A DNA stretch of 57,262 bases from Armatimonadota bacterium (lineage in GTDB: Bacteria > Sysuimicrobiota > Sysuimicrobiia > Sysuimicrobiales > Humicultoraceae): contig JBQTJP010000252.1 in NCBI GenBank assembly GCA_052386995.1, positions 1-57,262 of the forward strand, given 5' to 3'. Both the position numbers and the translations under genes were made by a program. Positions within the stretch are counted from its first letter, which is position 1, and each line of letters begins with the position of its first letter. This document shows positions 54,169 through 57,262 of this stretch, piece by piece. Below the pieces are notes generated by a model that had not been told where the DNA came from, ran no database searches, and saw only the letters and a program-made list of their open reading frames with translations.

Positions 54169-57100
54169 TCTCCACGATACCGTCGACATGGGATCGCGAA
54201 CGCGACGCCTGCGGCGTGGGATTCGTCGCCGATCGCCGCGGCCGCCACAGCCACGAGATCCTGCAGCGCGCGCTCGTGGCCGTCGGCGCGATGAGCCACC
54301 GGGGCGCGCTCGCGGCGGATGCCAGGACCGGCGATGGGGCGGGCGTGCTGACGCACATCCCCTACGCGATTCTGCGGCGCGATCTGCGACTGAAAATCCC
54401 CAACGCCGACCTCGGCGCCGGCATGGTGTTTTTGCCCCGGGGGACAGACCGCGCACGCAGGGCCCGCTCGCTGATCACCGCCGCCCTCGAAGAAGGCGGC
54501 GTACGGGTCCTGGGGTGGCGAGAGGTGCCCGCGGACCCATCTGCGCTGGGTGACCACGCACGGCGCACCCAGCCGGAGATTGCTCAGGTGGTCGTCGCTC
54601 GGCCGGGGAGTGTGAGCGACGATGACTTCGAGCGGGCGCTCTACCGGCGGCGCCGCGTCATCGAAAAGCGTGCTGCGGCCGAAGACCTCGACCTCTCCAT
54701 TCCCTCGCTGTCGCGCGCCACCATCGTCTACAAAGGCCTGCTGGTCTCGCCGCAGCTGCCGCGCTTCTACCCCGACCTCCTGGATCCGGCCTACGAGACG
54801 GCCATCGCGGTCTTTCACCAGCGCTACAGCACGAACACCTCTCCCTCATGGCCGCTCGCGCAGCCATTTCGTCTGCTGGCTCACAACGGAGAGATCAACA
54901 CCCTGCAGGGAAATGTGACCTGGATGGCCTCGCGCGAAGCGGGGCTCCGCTCGCCCCACTGGCCGCAGGGAATGGCCGATCTACTCCCGATCATTCAGTC
55001 CGGCGGCAGCGACAGCGCCATGCTCGACAACGTGCTCGAGCTGTTGACCCGCAGCGGCCGCGACCTGCTCCACGCGGTGATCATGCTCGTCCCCAGCGCC
55101 TGGGAAGGGATCCCCGACCTGCCCGATGCCGTGCGGGCGTTCTTCGAGTATCACGGGTGTCTGATCGAGCCGTGGGACGGACCCGCCGCGCTGGCGTTCT
55201 CTGACGGCCGGTTCGCCGCCGCCGCACTCGACCGCAACGGTCTGCGTCCCGCGCGCTACGTCGTCACGCGTGACGGGCTAGTCGCGGTAGCTTCAGAAGC
55301 CGGCGTGATCGACGTGGCGCCGGAGCGGATCGTCGAGCGGGGTCGCCTGGGACCGGGGCAGATCCTCGCGGTTGACACGTACAAGGGCGTCGTGCTCCAC
55401 GACGACGAGATCAAAGGCCTGTGCGCGGTGCGCCACCCCTACGAAGACTGGATCGAGCGCCACATGGTGCGCCTGAGCGACGTGCACGCACCCGCGGAGT
55501 TTGTGGTGCCCGCGAATCTGGTCACGCAGCAGCGCGTGTTCGGCTTTGCCACCGAGGATATCGAGCGCGTCCTGCGCTCGATGGTCGACGAGCGCAAGGA
55601 TCCGGTCTTCTCGATGGGTGACGACACGCCCCTGGCAGCCCTCGCGCAGCGGCCCCGGATGCTGGCCCATTATTTCCGCCAGCGATTCGCGCAGGTTACC
55701 AACCCGCCGATCGATCCGTTGCGCGAACGCCTGGTGATGTCGCTGGCGGGATACCTCGGCCCGCAGCAGAGCCTGCTGGAGGAGGACCCTGCGCACGCGC
55801 GTCTGTTGCACCTCCCGTCGCCTGTGCTCACCGCCGAGATGATGGGGGCGATCCGCACGCGCGCTCCGGTGCCGACCGCGACCCTGCCCGTGCTGTTTCC
55901 CGCCGATGGCGGAGCCGGGGGTCTGCGCCGCGCCCTGGACGCGCTGATCGACGACGCGTGCGCGGCGATTGCCTCTGGAACGGGTATTCTCATCCTCACC
56001 GACCAGGGCGTCACACCCGAGCGGGCGCCCATCCCTATGCTGCTGGCGGTCTCGGCGGTGCACCACGCGCTCATCCGCCGCGGCCTCCGTTATCGGACCG
56101 GCCTGGTCGCCGAGACCGGCGAGGCGAGGGACATCCACAGCATCGCCTGTCTGGTTGGCTACGGCGCCAGCGCGGTGCATGCCTATCTCGCGTTGCAGAC
56201 GATCGTCGCGGAAGCCGCCGATGCCCATGACGCGCAGCAGCGAATCGAGGCCTGGCGTCAGGCCGTGGAGGACGGTCTCCTCAAGATCATGTCGAAGATG
56301 GGCATCAGCACGCTGTCGGCCTATCAAGGGGCCCAGGTCTTCGAAGCCGTCGGTCTGTCGGCCGCACTCGTCGAGGAGCATTTCACAGGCACGCCCGCGC
56401 ATCTGGGCGGCGCGGATATCGACGAGATCGCGCGGATGGTCTTGCAGCGTCACGCGCAGGCATGGCAGGCCACCGGGCCGTTGGAAGAGGCCGGGCTGGT
56501 GCGCTTCCGCCGGAACGGAGAGTATCACGCGTACAACCCATACGTCGTGAAGGCGCTGCGCAGCGCCGACCATCGAAAACTCGCCGATCTCGTGGACGCG
56601 CGGCCGGCCACAGAAGTGCGTGACCTGCTCGAGTTCGTCCCCGGCCAGCCCGTGCCGTTGGAAGAGGTCGAGCCCGCGGCGACCATCGTCACGCGGTTCG
56701 TCACATCGGCGATGTCGCACGGCGCGTTGTCGCGTGAGGCGCACGAGACACTTGCGATCGCGGCGAACCGTATCGGGGCGCGGTCGAACAGCGGAGAAGG
56801 CGGCGAGGATCCGGACCGCTACAGGCCTCGCCCCAACGGCGACTGGCCGAACAGCGCGATCAAACAGATTGCCTCGGCCCGGTTCGGCGTCACCCCGGCC
56901 TACGTGCTGTCGGCGGCGGAGCTCGAGATCAAGATGGCACAGGGCAGCAAGCCCGGCGAGGGCGGACAGCTCCCGGGCCACAAGGTCAGTGAGGAAATCG
57001 CAAGCATCCGGCGGTCGCAGCCCGGCATCACGTTGATCTCCCCCCCGCCGCATCACGACATCTACAGCATCGAGGACCTTTCGCAGCTGATCTACGATCT

Positions 57101-57262
57101 CAAAGTTGTTCATCCGCGGGCGCGGGTGGCGGTGAAACTCGTCGCCGAAGCCGGCGTGGGCACGATTGCCGCGGGCGTCGCCAAGGGGTTCGCCGACACG
57201 ATTCAGATCAGCGGGCACACCGGCGGCACGGGTGCGTCTCCGCTCGATTCCATCAAACACGT
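54165..57262 (+). CDS. gltB: glutamate synthase large subunit (3' end runs off the window)
   Basis: Manual translation: RDACGVGFVAD, HQRYSTNT, AHNGEINT, EPWDGPA, FAQVTNPPIDP, EIKMAQGSKPGEGGQLPG, ISPPPHHDIYSIEDL. GTGA overlap with glnK. Confidence 0.97.
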   Translation, partial: MISTIPSTWDRERDACGVGFVADRRGRHSHEILQRALVAVGAMSHRGALAADARTGDGAGVLTHIPYAILRRDLRLKIPNADLGAGMVFLPRGTDRARRARSLITAALEEGGVRVLGWREVPADPSALGDHARRTQPEIAQVVVARPGSVSDDDFERALYRRRRVIEKRAAAEDLDLSIPSLSRATIVYKGLLVSPQLPRFYPDLLDPAYETAIAVFHQRYSTNTSPSWPLAQPFRLLAHNGEINTLQGNVTWMASREAGLRSPHWPQGMADLLPIIQSGGSDSAMLDNVLELLTRSGRDLLHAVIMLVPSAWEGIPDLPDAVRAFFEYHGCLIEPWDGPAALAFSDGRFAAAALDRNGLRPARYVVTRDGLVAVASEAGVIDVAPERIVERGRLGPGQILAVDTYKGVVLHDDEIKGLCAVRHPYEDWIERHMVRLSDVHAPAEFVVPANLVTQQRVFGFATEDIERVLRSMVDERKDPVFSMGDDTPLAALAQRPRMLAHYFRQRFAQVTNPPIDPLRERLVMSLAGYLGPQQSLLEEDPAHARLLHLPSPVLTAEMMGAIRTRAPVPTATLPVLFPADGGAGGLRRALDALIDDACAAIASGTGILILTDQGVTPERAPIPMLLAVSAVHHALIRRGLRYRTGLVAETGEARDIHSIACLVGYGASAVHAYLALQTIVAEAADAHDAQQRIEAWRQAVEDGLLKIMSKMGISTLSAYQGAQVFEAVGLSAALVEEHFTGTPAHLGGADIDEIARMVLQRHAQAWQATGPLEEAGLVRFRRNGEYHAYNPYVVKALRSADHRKLADLVDARPATEVRDLLEFVPGQPVPLEEVEPAATIVTRFVTSAMSHGALSREAHETLAIAANRIGARSNSGEGGEDPDRYRPRPNGDWPNSAIKQIASARFGVTPAYVLSAAELEIKMAQGSKPGEGGQLPGHKVSEEIASIRRSQPGITLISPPPHHDIYSIEDLSQLIYDLKVVHPRARVAVKLVAEAGVGTIAAGVAKGFADTIQISGHTGGTGASPLDSIKH

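Noticed and set aside
55293..57260. 655-aa minus-strand ORF
   Set aside because: It is antisense to gltB, which the track missed because gltB has no stop codon inside the window.

Overview
This is a gene-dense, high-GC bacterial chromosomal segment with about 55 genes. Its many ABC transporters and mixed Thermus-, Firmicutes- and cyanobacteria-like genes suggest a Terrabacteria lineage such as Armatimonadota/CSP1-3 (inference only). Left to right: (1) partial trpD, divergent from an isatin-hydrolase/KynB-like cyclase, tryptophan 2,3-dioxygenase and a creatininase-family gene; (2) an NMT1/THI5-type ABC importer operon with a DUF1989 protein and a class II aldolase; (3) queG and an MFS transporter; (4) a roughly 15 kb minus-strand cluster for amino-sugar uptake and processing, with a LarE-like PP-loop enzyme, sugar ABC transporter, GH20, MOSC, esterase, DUF4127, FAD oxidoreductase, an unknown TIM-barrel-like protein and a GHMP kinase, interrupted by three orphan genes; (5) a decayed ECF42 sigma factor with an intact DGPF/YciI gene beside tRNA-Ser(TGA); (6) two Opp/Dpp-family ABC clusters, one with three tandem binding proteins; (7) pruA, a methyltransferase and fabG-like SDR, a HAD hydrolase, vapBC and carAB with tandem ARG boxes; (8) a NitT/TauT ABC transporter, an aspartyl protease, a redoxin and DoxX; (9) amtB-glnK-gltB (partial) behind a structured, probably antitermination-controlled leader. 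The best candidates for undescribed biology are the amino-sugar/sulfur-insertase cluster, the tandem ANTAR-like amtB leader, and the Trp locus whose creatininase homolog has lost one metal site. I found no CRISPR array, rRNA, transposase or integrase. All family assignments come from motif recognition, not database searches.
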